In this document: positions 30,184 to 43,700 of the stretch, piece after piece
How positions within the stretch are numbered: the first letter of the stretch is position 1
How the letters are laid out: each line of letters opens with the position of its first letter
Assembly (NCBI GenBank): GCA_044892525.1
Contig: CM097885.1
Location: 14,324,001-14,388,000 of the forward strand
Source of the DNA: Schmidtea polychroa
Lineage: Eukaryota
Length of the DNA stretch: 64,000 nt
Reading direction: 5' to 3'
The notes under the pieces: generated by a model
The model's input: only the letters and a program-made list of their open reading frames with translations
The model's database searches: none
What the model was told of the DNA's origin: nothing
Translations under genes and position numbers: made by a program

Positions 30184-30900
30184 ATCATCATATTGTCATT
30201 ATTACTACGAAAACACCATGATCCAGATATTACCTTTATCCTACTACTATCATCATCATAATCACTTAAATATCATTATTATAAAAATTATTTGCATTAT
30301 AATTTCATGTTTAAGGGGTCATCCATATATTACGTAGGCGCTGAGAGGAACGGGTGTTGGATTTAAGAGAATTTTCGTAAGGTCTGTATGGAGGAGGGGA
30401 GAAAGCTCATGACAGAATGTGTACGTATACAACGCATACACAACTTTGAAATTCTGACAGCTCATAAATTACCAACCCTCAGCATTAGATGAATTTTAGG
30501 AAAAATATGAAATTAATAAATGAAATAAAATTGGAATAAGATAATATGAATTGAGGTAATTTAAAATACACAAAAAAGTTTACAACCATGAAAGTATGTA
30601 GCCGATTTCAGGACACTTAAAATAAAAACATAATACATGAATTGATGATAGACGTAGTGATGGATGAATTAACGGATGAAGACCCTACCGTCATCTGCAA
30701 AACTATGACTGTAAAATTTCTTCAATACAAATATTATCAATGTTGTACTTTCAAAATAATAATTATCCTCAGCATTTCTGGGGTACTCATACAATTATTG
30801 AGCACTTACATTGCATAAATAATTCTTGTAAAAACAAAACTGGAGAAACAAAATTGTAAATTATAAACATTATTATTATTACTACTATTGCTATCGTTTT

Positions 30901-31126
30901 CAGTGCCGGCCGGCCCGGTGTAAACTTTCCTAGCAAGGCCTTGATTGAAATTTCATACAAGAAATAATAATTTGTTATTTATTAAGTTCAAAATAGTAAG
31001 GAAAACATTTAAATTAATAAAAATAAATTTAACATATCAATTTATTAATAACATTTTATTTAAAAACGTGAACGACACAGGGCCTTGTGCGACCGCACAG
31101 TTTGCACCAGGCTACGGCTGGCCCTG
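30901..31126. mobile_element. Probable hAT-type MITE
   Basis: Imperfect TIRs CAGTGCCGGCCG and CGGCTGGCCCTG; no clear TSD. Confidence 0.5.
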
Positions 31127-31140
31127 ATTATTACTATAAT

Positions 31141-31233
<93 letters not shown>

Positions 31234-31289
31234 CGTCATCAATCTATTGTTTAAGTCTGTGATAGAATGGCATTACTTATTCTAAATGA

Positions 31290-31389
31290 CCAATCAGAAA
31301 ATGTTGAAATTTCTGTTACTATTTTTAGAAACGCGTTGTCATTCAATCCACGGTGGAGAATTTGATGCAATTCAGAATCACTATAAATA
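31290..31389 (+). promoter_or_regulatory. ARF promoter: CCAAT, MEF2-like CTATTTTTAG, C/EBP-ATF-like TGATGCAAT, TATA box
   Basis: Motifs at 31290, 31319, 31363 and 31382. The block is conserved upstream of all five near-identical ARF copies. Confidence 0.55.
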
Positions 31390-31437
31390 TTCAATCTTTT
31401 CTATTAATTTTATTGTTTGATTTCATTATTGTATTAA

Positions 31438-32066
31438 ATGGGAATACTTTTGAGTAGATTATACAAATTGCTAAACGAGTTGTCTCAATCTGATCCTAGG
31501 AGAATCCTAATGTTGGGATTGGATGCTGCTGGTAAAACCACAATTCTATACAAATTGAAACTCAATGAAACTGTGACAACGATTCCAACAATCGGATTCA
31601 ATGTGGAGGAAGTTTCAATTGGGAAAGGTTTGAAATTCACAATTTGGGATGTGGGAGGTCAAGAGAAGATTCGACCGTTATGGAGACATTACTATACGAA
31701 TTGTCATGGATTGATTTATGTAGTGGACAGCAATGATGTGGAAAGGTTGAAGGAATCAAGAGATGAATTATTTACGATTGCTGAATGTGACGAGATGAGA
31801 AATGTAAATCTAGATTTGATAGGAAATTGAAATGTTTAACATTGATTCAGATTCCAATAGTGGTGATTGCAAACAAACAAGATTTACCAAATGCCATGTC
31901 ACCAAGTAGAATTGTGGAAGGGTTAGAATTATCGAAACTGGAGCGCACTCACAAATAGCACCTGCAAGCATGTTGTGCAGTTTCCGGTGATGGACTATAC
32001 GAGGCATTGGAAGCAGCAGGGAAATTATCATCAGAATACTTAAAGAGTTGTAAATCATTTCGGTAG
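31438..32066 (+). pseudogene. ARF/ARL-family copy 4 with a premature stop (exons 31438-31803 and 31851-32066)
   Basis: TGG>TAG at 31956-31958 (HKW>HK*) removes the G5 motif and C-terminal helix. Otherwise near-identical to the intact copies. Confidence 0.88.
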
Positions 32067-32309
32067 ATTGTTTAAAAGGTTTTCTGAAGGGAGATTGCGA
32101 GACATATTTTCAATAAAATTATTTTTCTGTTTTTTTATTTTTATTTTGCATTTTAGAATTATATTTGTAAAAATTTATTTAAATAAAATTCAGAACGATG
32201 CGAATTTGTCAATTAATATCATCACAATTTTATTCATCAAGCATAATTATTGAATTAAATTGAGTAGAAAGATGACAACATGACACGGTTAGAATCTTAA
32301 TAATTTCTT

Positions 32310-33230
32310 ACGGGGGTCCGAATGATACCCTGTCAATTCAATATATTTTTGGGTCATGTAATCAAAAACAAAACGATGAGGCCAGACCCTGATTTTCGGA
32401 GCTCTCAACGCCAACATGAAATCTAGATTTACATTTCTCATCTCGTCACATTCAACAATCGTGATCTGGTATGACATATTGTATGAAATTACCAACCTAA
32501 GCAAAGTTATGCCAAACAATCTAAAAATGACGAATTATTTGACTTGATTATAAAACAAAACTGGAGAAATTGGTGTAAGATTAGGCCCAAGGGCAACATT
32601 ACCCCAAGTACGGCTTAAGCGAAAACGACGGTTTTTGCCATATGAAGGAAATGATTTACCCCTGTATGGATAAGCCAGATATAAACTCGAGGTTTTATTG
32701 CAATAAATAACTTATTAAGTCTCAATAAAAGATTCCAAATACTTGACTCATACAGACAAATAGCAAGATTTAGATGTAAATCAGTTCTGTCCTAAACAGG
32801 AAAGGAAATGATTTACCCCTGTATGGATAAGCCAGATATAAACTCGAGGTTTTATTGCAATAAATAACTTATTAAGTCTCAATAAAAGATTCCAAATACT
32901 TGACTCATACAGACAAATAGCAAGATTTAGATGTAAATCAGTTCTGTCCTAAACATTTTGATCACTTTACCTATTTCAGTGCAAAACGCAGAGTTCATTT
33001 TCCAAATTAAAGCTCATAAAAACGATTGACCTTCCAATCTAGGTGAGGATTCATGATCTTCTTTCGCTTTAATTTATATAGAAAATGAAATAATTAGGTC
33101 ATGAAGTTTTTCTGACTTAATTCTTTAATGAAAAGTCTTACAAACTCAACAGTATGTTATGAAGGAGGTTTGAGTTATTTTAATACGAAAATTCTATACA
33201 AGAAAGTATGATACTGTCGCTGGTGCCCTC
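32310..33230 (+). mobile_element. Heavily deleted hAT transposase remnant
   Basis: IWYDILYEITNLSKVM, RLKRKRRFLPYE and degenerate ILITLPISV..SFSKLKLIKT dimerisation-domain pieces. Partial paralog at 53370-53750. Confidence 0.65.
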
Positions 33231-33277
33231 TCCAAATCTTGCGAAAGTCAGCATCTATGTCATTTTATGGTGTAGAT

Positions 33278-34531
33278 CAGCTATGCACAACCCGCGGTCT
33301 ACGGGCCGCATGCGGCCCTAATTTATTTATAATTTGTATATTTAAATAAAAAAAATTGTTGTATACTAATTGTGAAATTATGCAATTACATTGAAATGCA
33401 TCAGAAAATAATCCGATATGAAATGATACGACACTGAAAAAGTACTCTCAATTGCTGGTTGAGATTTATTTATGTCCGCATATATAAAAAATGAATTCTA
33501 ATTACTTGATATATTTTATGTTATTACTTAAAAAATGAATCTCAGTATGACATGCAAACCCAACATTTTTTAAATGGTGTGATAAAAATTTTAACTTATC
33601 GGAAGAAATTATTTTTACTCTTCTGTTTGAGTTTGTACTTTGCATAGTTTTATTCAGTTTTTTGTTTAATTTGGTCATAAAAAATAATATGTCGGTATCA
33701 AAACAACTTAAGAAACGGAAATTAGAAAATGAAAGACGAGTATTCCAAGAGCAATGGACAGAAAAGTTTTGTCGAGCATAAAGGTAACATTATATGTTTA
33801 ATTTGTAAAGCAACAATTGCTGTGGCGAAAGATTATAACTTAAAAAGACATTTTCAAACTAAACATTTTGATTTTGATGAAAAGTATTCTGGTGTTTTAA
33901 GAAAACAACAAATTACTACAATGGTCCAATCACTACAAGCACAACAAAATATTTTTAAAAAGTGCAATGAGTCCGCTAAGCAAGCAGTTCAAGTAAGCTT
34001 TGAAATTGCTCATTTAATAGCTAAATCGTCACGACCGTATACTGATGGTCATTTTGTAAAAAAAAATGCTTTATCGTGGCGTCGAAAAAAAAAGTTGTAC
34101 AAAATGCACCTCGAAATTTGAAGCACTAAGTTTAAACCGAATGACAATACAACGGCGTATTACTGATATTTCAGCACATATTGTGACTAAATTTTCAACA
34201 ATATTCAAAAATTGTATCAAATTTTCGTTAGCTATTGATGAATCTACCGATGTTACTTCAATTGCTCAATTATGTATATATGCCCGTTGTATAACATCAG
34301 ATTATGAAATCTTTGAAGAGCTTGTCGAACTTTATCCAATGAAAGGTCAAACAAAAATATCGGATTTATTAGAGGCATTACTATCTAGCATGCATAAACA
34401 TAATTTGGATTTATCAAAGCCTTCTGGTATAGTGATAATAATAACTGGTTCTAGAGTAATTGCCTGTCGCCCACATTCAATTATTAATTTGCTAATGTGG
34501 CCCACAGCGTTGAAAATGTTGTGCATGGCTG
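33278..34531 (+). mobile_element. hAT (Charlie/GTF2IRD2-like) element, internally deleted
   Basis: TIRs CAGCTATGCACAAC and GTTGTGCATGGCTG; 8-bp TSD GTGTAGAT. Frameshifted transposase (KKRKLENERRVFQEQWT, CLIC..NLKRHFQTKH, FSLAIDESTD). Confidence 0.93.
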
Positions 34532-35845
34532 GTGTAGATAATAAGAAAAGGTGTGAGGACTATAGAATCTTGGAATGAACTCTTTCAACCTCCTCGCAAC
34601 CTACCGGTGATATTTTACGTGTATAATGAATTGTTGCCACGTGTTATGGTCCTGGTTACAATTTTTTCTAGTGAAATACAACAATAAATGTCTAGCAATA
34701 AATGTCACCTTTTAGTGTCTATACAGATATCTAAAGGAGGCCAAAAGGTTAAATAGAATAATATAATATAATTGCTACAAAAATTAGTTAATTGTTAATT
34801 AATTAAAATAAATCGTCCAAAATATTTGCTTTCAAAGCAAGATCTTTATGTTGAACAGGAGTCTTCGACCTTCGAGCCCAACATTCTTGATCTTTATTAC
34901 TACATTTAGAGTTTAGTTTATGCAATTAGTTTCTGCAACAATTATTTTATAGAAATATGATAACAACCTTTTGCAGGATAAATATTCAGCGGTGAAACAA
35001 TTAAAAGAACTCGAAGGACTCACAATAACTTTAGCTTGAGTCTTTCTACTCTTTCTAACATCACGAGATGACTTTATAAGTTTCTGTGCTTTTTAAACAG
35101 AGAAAGAAGCAGTGTATGGGAGTCTGTTTGCGAATAGGTGGCAGGAGAGCTAATAAAGGAGCTTCCGATGCAACAAAAGAATTGCAATTTGAAGCGTCCC
35201 AAAAAATGCCTCTAGTAAAACGTAATATCAGGCAACACAAACAATAATTTCAAATGAGCAAGATGCCGGATGGAATTATGCTCGTTATATATTTCTAAAA
35301 GGGGTCCGTAAACAGTAAAATATAATTTGTTGCAAACATTGCTTAACAAAAACTAATTAATTATTTATTAATTAAAATAATTATTAATCAAATGAAATTT
35401 AACCAATCACGAGGTAACCCAAATATCATTTGCTTTCAAAGTACATTTACAGGAGCCTTTGACCTTTTGCAATATATTAGTCAGACCTTGTGTCAAGAAA
35501 GAAACCTTCACAATATTTTATCTTGAATTTATATTGATCTCTTGCACTTGAAATAATTAAAAGAACCCGAAGGAATCATAATAACTTTAGCCACTCATTC
35601 TATCACTTCTTGAAGTAGCAATGCCTTCATCAGATTGTCTTTCAAATCTTTTACTCTCTTGCTAAGGACAGAATAGATCACAGGGCCTATTTGCCTTATT
35701 TATTGTTGCCACGTGTAAATGTTCTCATTGCAGTTCAAATACAAAAACAATTTACATGAAATACAAACATTACAAACGTATAAATGTCTATGAGAACATC
35801 AAATAGCATACAAAATCAAACTGTAATATCACAACCAACATTTGT

Positions 35846-35861
35846 GGTCCTAAAGAGGACC
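35846..35861 (-). terminator. Histone mRNA 3' stem-loop
   Basis: GGTCCT-CTTT-AGGACC-ACAAA downstream of H2B copy 2. Confidence 0.9.
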
Positions 35862-35896
35862 GTTGAACATTCTCAAACTAAATGAAAATCAACAAT

Positions 35897-36268
35897 TTAC
35901 TTGGCACCAGTGTATTTAGTGACAGCCTTGGTTCCTTCACTGACAGCATGCTTGGCCAATTCTCCAGGCAAGATCAATCGGACAGCAGTTTGGATCTCTC
36001 TGCTGGAAATCGTTGATTTCTTGTTGTAAGTTGCCAACTTACTAGCTTCAGTTGCGATTCTTTCGAATACGTCATTAACGAAACTGTTCATGATTGACAT
36101 GGCTTTACCAGAAATTCCAGTATCTGGATGAACTTGTCTGAGAACTTTGTAGATATAGATACCATAGCTTTCTTTACGTTTGTGAGATCTCTTCTTTTTG
36201 TCGGATTTCACAACTTCCTTGGAAATCTTCTTTACTGATTTTGTAGCGACTTTTGCTGAAGGAGCCAT
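35897..36268 (-). CDS. H2B: Histone H2B, copy 2
   Basis: Intact 123-aa H2B with a downstream stem-loop. Confidence 0.98.
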   Translation of the reverse strand: MAPSAKVATKSVKKISKEVVKSDKKKRSHKRKESYGIYIYKVLRQVHPDTGISGKAMSIMNSFVNDVFERIATEASKLATYNKKSTISSREIQTAVRLILPGELAKHAVSEGTKAVTKYTGAK

Positions 36269-37964
36269 TTTAATCTGAATTTTATAAATGATAAAAGTTC
36301 ATTCCTTCGTTATATATGATTATCATTTTTTTAAAATATATTACGTTGCGGTATTTTCAATGATAAAAATTAGAAAATTTAAATTTTGTTTCTGAAATAA
36401 AAACTAATTCAGTAATAATTTTTTATTTTACAAATAGAACAAAATGTGCAATTATTACAGAAATGAAGACCTGTTTAGGATTATTGAAATGTTTTTTTTA
36501 ATTAAAATTTTTTATAAATCTTCCGCTTTTATGCGAATTATTTCCACGCAAGAAATTATTACGCTGAGATAACATTTTAAAATTAAAATTTCTTTTAGAA
36601 ACTAATATTAATAATTAATTAATTTTTGTGACAATTTAATGTAATTTTCTAAGTTTTATTTTCTATTAAATACACAAAATGTGAGTGCAAAATAATTAAT
36701 TAATTTTTTTGCCATTTAACTCATGAATTAATTTTAATGTAATTTTCTGTGCTATTTTTATTAATTTTATCAACTTCTGTTGGGGTTAAATACACAAAAT
36801 GTGAGTGCAAAATAGTAGGTAGTTAGGAGCTCCCTGCAGCAATGACCCCCCCCCCGGGGGGGTCTGCTGCAACTTTTGATTACGCAATTGCTGCAACTCA
36901 CATTTTTTGCGTTCAGGGATTTTTGGTCCAAATTTTTTTTCAATACAAAAACGATGGTCCTGGGATTTTCAATACAAAAAATTTTTTTCAATACAAAAAT
37001 CCGACTACCACTAAAAAAGCATGGTAATTTAAGGTCTCAGGATATTTTCAATACAAAAAGCTGGTCTACACTAAAATAGCGTGGTAATTTAAGGTCTCAG
37101 GATATTTTCAATACAAAAATCCGACTATCAATAAAAAAGCATGGATTTTTCGAATTAAATTAAGGTGGGTCTCCTTGGTCCTGAGAAAAAGGTGGTCTAC
37201 ACTAAAAAACATGGTAAATTTTTCAATTAAAGTAAATAATGGTCCAAATTTTTGAATTAAAGTAAATTATGGGTCTAAAAATTAAATTAAAGTAATCAAT
37301 GGTCCTAAAAAATTAAATTACAGTAAATAATGGTCCAAATTTTTCAATTAAAGTAAATTATGGTTCTAAAAATTAAATTAAAGTAAATAATGGTCCTAAA
37401 AAATTAAATTACAGTAAATTATGGTTCAAATTTTTCAATTACAGTAAATTATGGGTCTAAAAATTAAATTACAGTAAATAATGGTCCAAATTTTAAAATT
37501 AAACTAAATTAAGGTTCTAAAAATTAAATTAAAGTTAATTAAGGTCCAAATTTTAAATTAAGTAATCAATGGTAAAAAATTTTAAATAAGTAAATTAAAG
37601 TAATAATTTTTAAATTAAGTAATCAATGGTAAAAAATTTTAAATAAGTAAATTAAAGTAAATTAAAGTAAGATTTTAAAAATTTAATTACAAAATAATAG
37701 AAGGTGTTTGAGAATTGAAATTTTTTAATGAAAATTTTTATGAAATAATTTTTAAGTAATTTTTAATAGAAATTTTAATGAAATATTTTTCAATGGTAAT
37801 TTTTAATGGAAATTTTTATGGAATAATTTTTTAAGTTAATTTTTAATGGTAATTTTTATGAAATATTTTTCAATGATAATTTTAGATGGAAATTTTTAAG
37901 ATAATTTTTAATGAAAATTTTTATGAAATATTTTTCAAAGACAAATTTTAATAATAATTCAACA

Positions 37965-39290
37965 ACAAACCAACAACTTAGTACCAACAACCAGTAACTT
38001 ACGAACATGTATTAACAACCAGATACCTACAACTAGTTACTAACAACCAGTTACCTGATACCAGATACCTACCAACTACTTACAACCAAAATCAACCAGA
38101 TACCTACAACTAGTTACTAACAACCAATTACCTGCTACCAAGTACTTACAACTAGATACCACGTACTAAATAACTCTCAAACAACCAAGTACCTACAACA
38201 AATTACCAGATACCAAGTACCTACAACTAGTAACTAACAACTAGTTACCTGATACTAAGTACCTACAACCACCTAACAAGTACTAACAACCAAAAACAAG
38301 CAACCAACCAGGTACCAGATACCACCTACTAAGTACCAACAACCAACTAGCTACCAGATACCTACAACTAGATACTAACAACTAGATACCAAGTACCTAC
38401 AACCACCTACCCATTATCTAGCTACCAAGTACTAACAACCAGGTCTCAAACAACTAAATACTAACAACCAGTTACCAACTACTAAGCATTAATTACCTAC
38501 AACTAGTTACTAACAACTAGATACCAAGTACTTACAACCAACATCAACCAGGTACTAAGCATCATCAACTAACTACTAAGTACCTACAACCTACAACTAG
38601 ATACTAACAACCAGTTACCTGCTACCAAGTACTTACAACTAGTTACTAACAACCAACCAACTAGGTACTAGACACCAAGTACTTACAACCAACATCAACC
38701 AGGTACTAAGCATTATCAACCAACTAAATACTAAGTACTCACAACCAACCAACTAGGTACTAGATACCAAGTACTCACAACCGACAACAACCAGGTACTA
38801 AGCATCATCAACTAACTACTAAGTACCTACAACCTACAACTAGATACTAACAACCAGTTACCTGATACCAAATACTTACAACTAGATATCAAGTACTATC
38901 AACCAAAAACAACCAACCAACTAGGTACTAGATACCAAGTACTAACAACCAACAACAACCAGGTACTAAGCATTATCAACCAACTAAATACTAAGTACTA
39001 ACAACCAACCAACTAGGTACTAGATACCAAGTACTCACAACCGACAACAACCAAGTACTAAGCATTATTAACCAACTACTAAGTACCTTCAACCAACTAA
39101 CAACCACCTACCAAGTACTAACAACCAGTTACCAACTACTAAGCATTAATTACCTACAACTAGTTACTAACAACTAGCTACCAAGTACATACAACCAGAC
39201 ACTAAGCATTATCAACCAAGTACTAACAACCAAGTAACTTACCTAGTACTGTCAACTAGATACCAAACACTTACAACCAGATGACCACAT
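37965..39290. repeat. CA-rich degenerate minisatellite domain of the left arm (mirrored as GT-rich at ~46230-47125)
   Basis: Shuffled short words such as CAACTAG, TACCAAGTAC, TACTAACAAC and CTAAGCATT. Confidence 0.9.
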
Positions 39291-39577
39291 GAAATTATTG
39301 GTTAAATATGAAAATATGGATTATATTTAGTTGTTAAGTAAACTATGGTGTAGAATTAAGAAATAAAGAATAATTAGGTAAATTAAAGTTAAAAATTTTA
39401 AATAAGTAAATTAAGGTTCAAAATTTAAAATTAAGTATCCAATGGTTCAAATTTTAAATTAAAGCTAAATAAGTAAATTAAAGAAAGATTTTTAAATTTA
39501 TTATCAAAAGATTGAATAACCACCAACTTTTTTGAGAAATGTAATTTATAATGAAAATTTAAATGGAAATTTAAATG

Positions 39578-39673
<96 letters not shown>

Positions 39674-40073
39674 TAATAATAATTCAACAGTTACCAACAA
39701 TCAGTTACTGATTATTTTTTAACTAGGTGCTAACAAATACTTACAACATGATACCACGTACTAACTAACTCTCAAACAACCAGATACTTACAACTAACTA
39801 CTAAATATTCTAAATTTTAAATTAAAGGAAACAATGGTTTAAATTTTAAATTAAAGCTAAATGAGTAAATTAAAGTAATAATTTTTAAATAAGTAATGTA
39901 ATAAGTAAATTGAAGTAAGATTTTAAAATTTATTAACAAAAAAATAGAAGGTGTTTGAGAATTGAAATTTTTTAATGAAAATTTTTATGAAATAATTTTT
40001 AGGATAATTTTTAATGAAAATTTTTATGAAATATTTTTTAAGTTAATTTTTAATGGAAATTTTAATGGAATAA

Positions 40074-40139
<66 letters not shown>

Positions 40140-40610
40140 TAATAATAATTCAACAGTTACCAACAATCGGTTACTGATTATTTTTTAACTAGGTGCTAAC
40201 AAATACTTACAACATGATACCACGTACTAACTAACTCTCAAACAACCAGATACTTACAACTAACTACTAAATATTCTTCACTGTATTTTATGAAATGCTT
40301 TTTAAATTAATTTTTTATCTATCTTCAAAAATATATTTAATTACAATCATTAGAAAAACCTTTTCAAATTTAACAAAAATGTTGATTTTCATCAAAAAAT
40401 GAATAATTGTCAACTCATCACCACATGGAATTCAAAATAATTTTAATTACAATGAAAGACTAATGAATTCTAATTTACAAAACATTCTTCTTTTAAATGA
40501 TAACTACTGACTTATTATTGCAAAGTAAAAATCGCATTCAATAAATACTTATTGTTGATCAGTTTTATTATATATACTCTGAGTTTATCCGACAGGATGT
40601 TTTGACCCCC

Positions 40611-40712
40611 TAAGGGTACAGGTCGTAAGGGTACTGGTCGTAAGGGTACTGGTCGTAAGGGTATTAGTCGTAAGGGTACTGGTCGTAAAGGTACTAGTCG
40701 TAGGGGTATTGG
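40611..40712. repeat. 15-bp tandem repeat GGTCGTAAGGGTACT
   Basis: About 7 copies following CTCTGAGTTTATCCGAC. Related arrays at ~42200, ~45255 (inverted) and ~63385. Confidence 0.9.
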
Positions 40713-43700
40713 TAACACTCTACCACAACCTACCCATTAACTAGCTACTAAGTACTAACCACTAGGTTTCAAACAACAACTACTAACAACCACCATCAAA
40801 ACCCATCGAGAAATTAACAAATATCAACCTACAATTATATAACAACAATCAGTAAACAACACTGTACCAACTACCAAATACAAAATATTCTTCATCGCAT
40901 ACACTATTTTCTTATCAAAATCTAAAAGTCAACCAACTACTTACAACCAACAACTATGTACTAACAAATTGATCTTTAAAAGCAAATACTCTTCACTTGA
41001 AAAATTGGATGAAAAATTATTTGAACTCAAGGCATCAATAACTAGGTAAAAATTGATTAAATAATTGTAAAAAATTTAAATTATTCGAAATAAATATCAT
41101 AAAAATTTAATTAATGGACAAGAAAAAAATTCTAGTCATCCAGTAAATAAAAAAAATACTGATCATTCAAGTTGAATCAACTAAGATAATAAATTAATAA
41201 GATAAGATCTAGTAGATAATTGATTTAGATTGAATAAATTAATTGAAATAAAATTAATTTTAATTATTTTTTTTAAAAGTAATACATGTACTCAAATTGA
41301 TTGACTGATTTCTCAATATATTCAAAAAATCAGTATAAATTCATTACAATTATCAAAGTCAGCAATGTACAATAAAAATAATTATCATTAAATTCCAAAA
41401 GAGACTAGATAACTAATGATAACATCTAACAAACCAGTAAATTCATTTAAATGACAATAATTGGTATATCCAAGTGAATTCTCCAATAAAATCATCTAAA
41501 AAGCATCAAATTTCCCTGAAATATCTATATCTTTTAAGATTAGTATCTAATCGATAAGTACTTGTTAAAGATCATATATTCACCTCAAACTAACAAGATT
41601 CCTTAAAATCCCTTAAATGACTATATTTCAACCCTTGTTATGTAATAAAATAGTCGCGGGTTGTTATGTAATAAACTAGTTTAAATTATATATCCTCCTC
41701 ACTTATATCCCCCCGATTCTCTATTTTCCACTAATTATTATCACTAATATTCCCCCAATTCTCCATTAATTATTCACTTATATCCCCCCGATTTTGATTA
41801 ATTATTCCCCACAAATATTTCTTTTAAAAGTTTTTTTATTAAATTTATGAATTTTATGAAATAATTTTAAATAAATTCAATTAATATATTTGCATTCTTA
41901 TCAACCTTCTTCTTATCTATGCCCATTCAATGATCCATTAATGAATTATTCTACCAATTATTTTCACCCATTTGAATTTATCATCGAGTAATGAATAATT
42001 TCCTCACTTTAATGAAGATTCTTACCACCTTCATTGTTAATTTTATCAAAGTTTAAAGAATAATTGTCTTTTCATTTTACATTGCTTACCACTTTAGAAT
42101 TTTTATCGAAATTTATGATAATTTGACTAATTCAATGAAAAATTTGAATGAGTTAATTAATATATACTCTGAGTTTATCCGACAAAATATTCTGTCCCCC
42201 TATGGGTATTGCTCACAAGGGTACTACTCACATTCAACATATCGCAAGGGTACTGATCATAAAGGTATTTAATGCTTTTATTTGAATGATTATTTAGGCA
42301 AATTTGTTGTTTAAGGCATTCATTGATAATTTTTAGAGTTGATGGTTTTAGTAAATATTCAAGTAAATTTCTATAATTTCTATTATTTTCATGAATTTCC
42401 GTAATTTTTTGTGAATATCAGTAATTTTTGTGGATATCTGTCATTTTCATGAATTTTTATCATTTTTGTGAATTTCTTTGATTTTTGTAAATTTCTATTA
42501 TTTTTGTGGATTTCTAACATTTTTGCAAATTTCATGTTTATTGAATGAATATTTAATAATTTAAAGTTAGTTCTAAGATAAATTTAATTAATTTCTTGAT
42601 AATTGGATGTATTTTTAATTTTAAATAAAAATTATTTTCAATGAGGTTAATAATTAGAGTTTGTACAATAATCAAGTGATAGGATAAATTTTTATGAGGA
42701 TATTGAACAATTTTCTAAGAATTTCATGTTGACTGATAAATTTAATTGATAAATTTAATTAATTTCTTGATAATTAGTTGTATTTTATTGAATAGTTTTT
42801 AAATAAAAATTAATTTCATTGACAATTAGGTTAATAATTAAGTGATAGAATAAATTTTTGATGATAACTTTGTAATATATTTGACTAGATAATTTTTTTC
42901 AATAATTTTCTAAGAGTATTTACTCATTGATGAACTTTTAAAACCTAAGCTAAGAAACCAACTTTATCAATGACTTTAAATTTACTTGATAATTATTGTA
43001 GAATATACTGAAATTTAGTTTGCTGTTATTGCTTGAAAATGATTGGCTGAATAGCTGAAGAATTATCATCAAACAATATATATCATCTCTAGTTAGGTAT
43101 TTGATGGTAAATATTTGTAGAAAATAATGAGTTTATTATATCTTTGTTACATAAGTCGACTTTAGCGTCAAAATGTGTTTTTAAAATATATTTAAAATAC
43201 CGCAACGTAATATTTTTTTCCCTGCCCTTCCATGATTTTGATTGGTTAGTGGGCTCTTATTATTTAGCTTCTAAATTATTTCTTTGGAAGAATGCCTGGT
43301 GTCTATAACAATTAATTAAAAGTCATATTTTTGAAGTTCTCTAAGGATTTTAAGAGGATTGATATATTAAAGTGCTCAAGTGGGTGGAATCTTTGGGGAA
43401 ATTAAGGGATATAATCGGATAGATGTTTAAAAGGGTAGAAATATTTGCTGAGAGATCGGTTAAGATGGGATATTGTCGGTGAGATTTAATGAGAGATCGA
43501 TTAAGATGGGATATAGTCGGTTAATATGGGAATATTTCATTTTAAGAAAGATATAGTCGGTTGCTTTTAATGAGGGAAGGGTTTCGATGGGAATCTTTTG
43601 AATATTTACATGGGAAATGTTGGTCAAATATCAATGTTTTTAAGGAAATTGCAATACATTAGTCAGTTATGAATCAATAATAATTATATCGTTTTATTAG

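Noticed and set aside
39431..40177. Poly-Leu and poly-Ile ORFs (also 45723-45932, 63132-63329) and the PVPLR ORF at 40515-40718
   Set aside because: Translations of (AAT)n and the 15-bp repeat.
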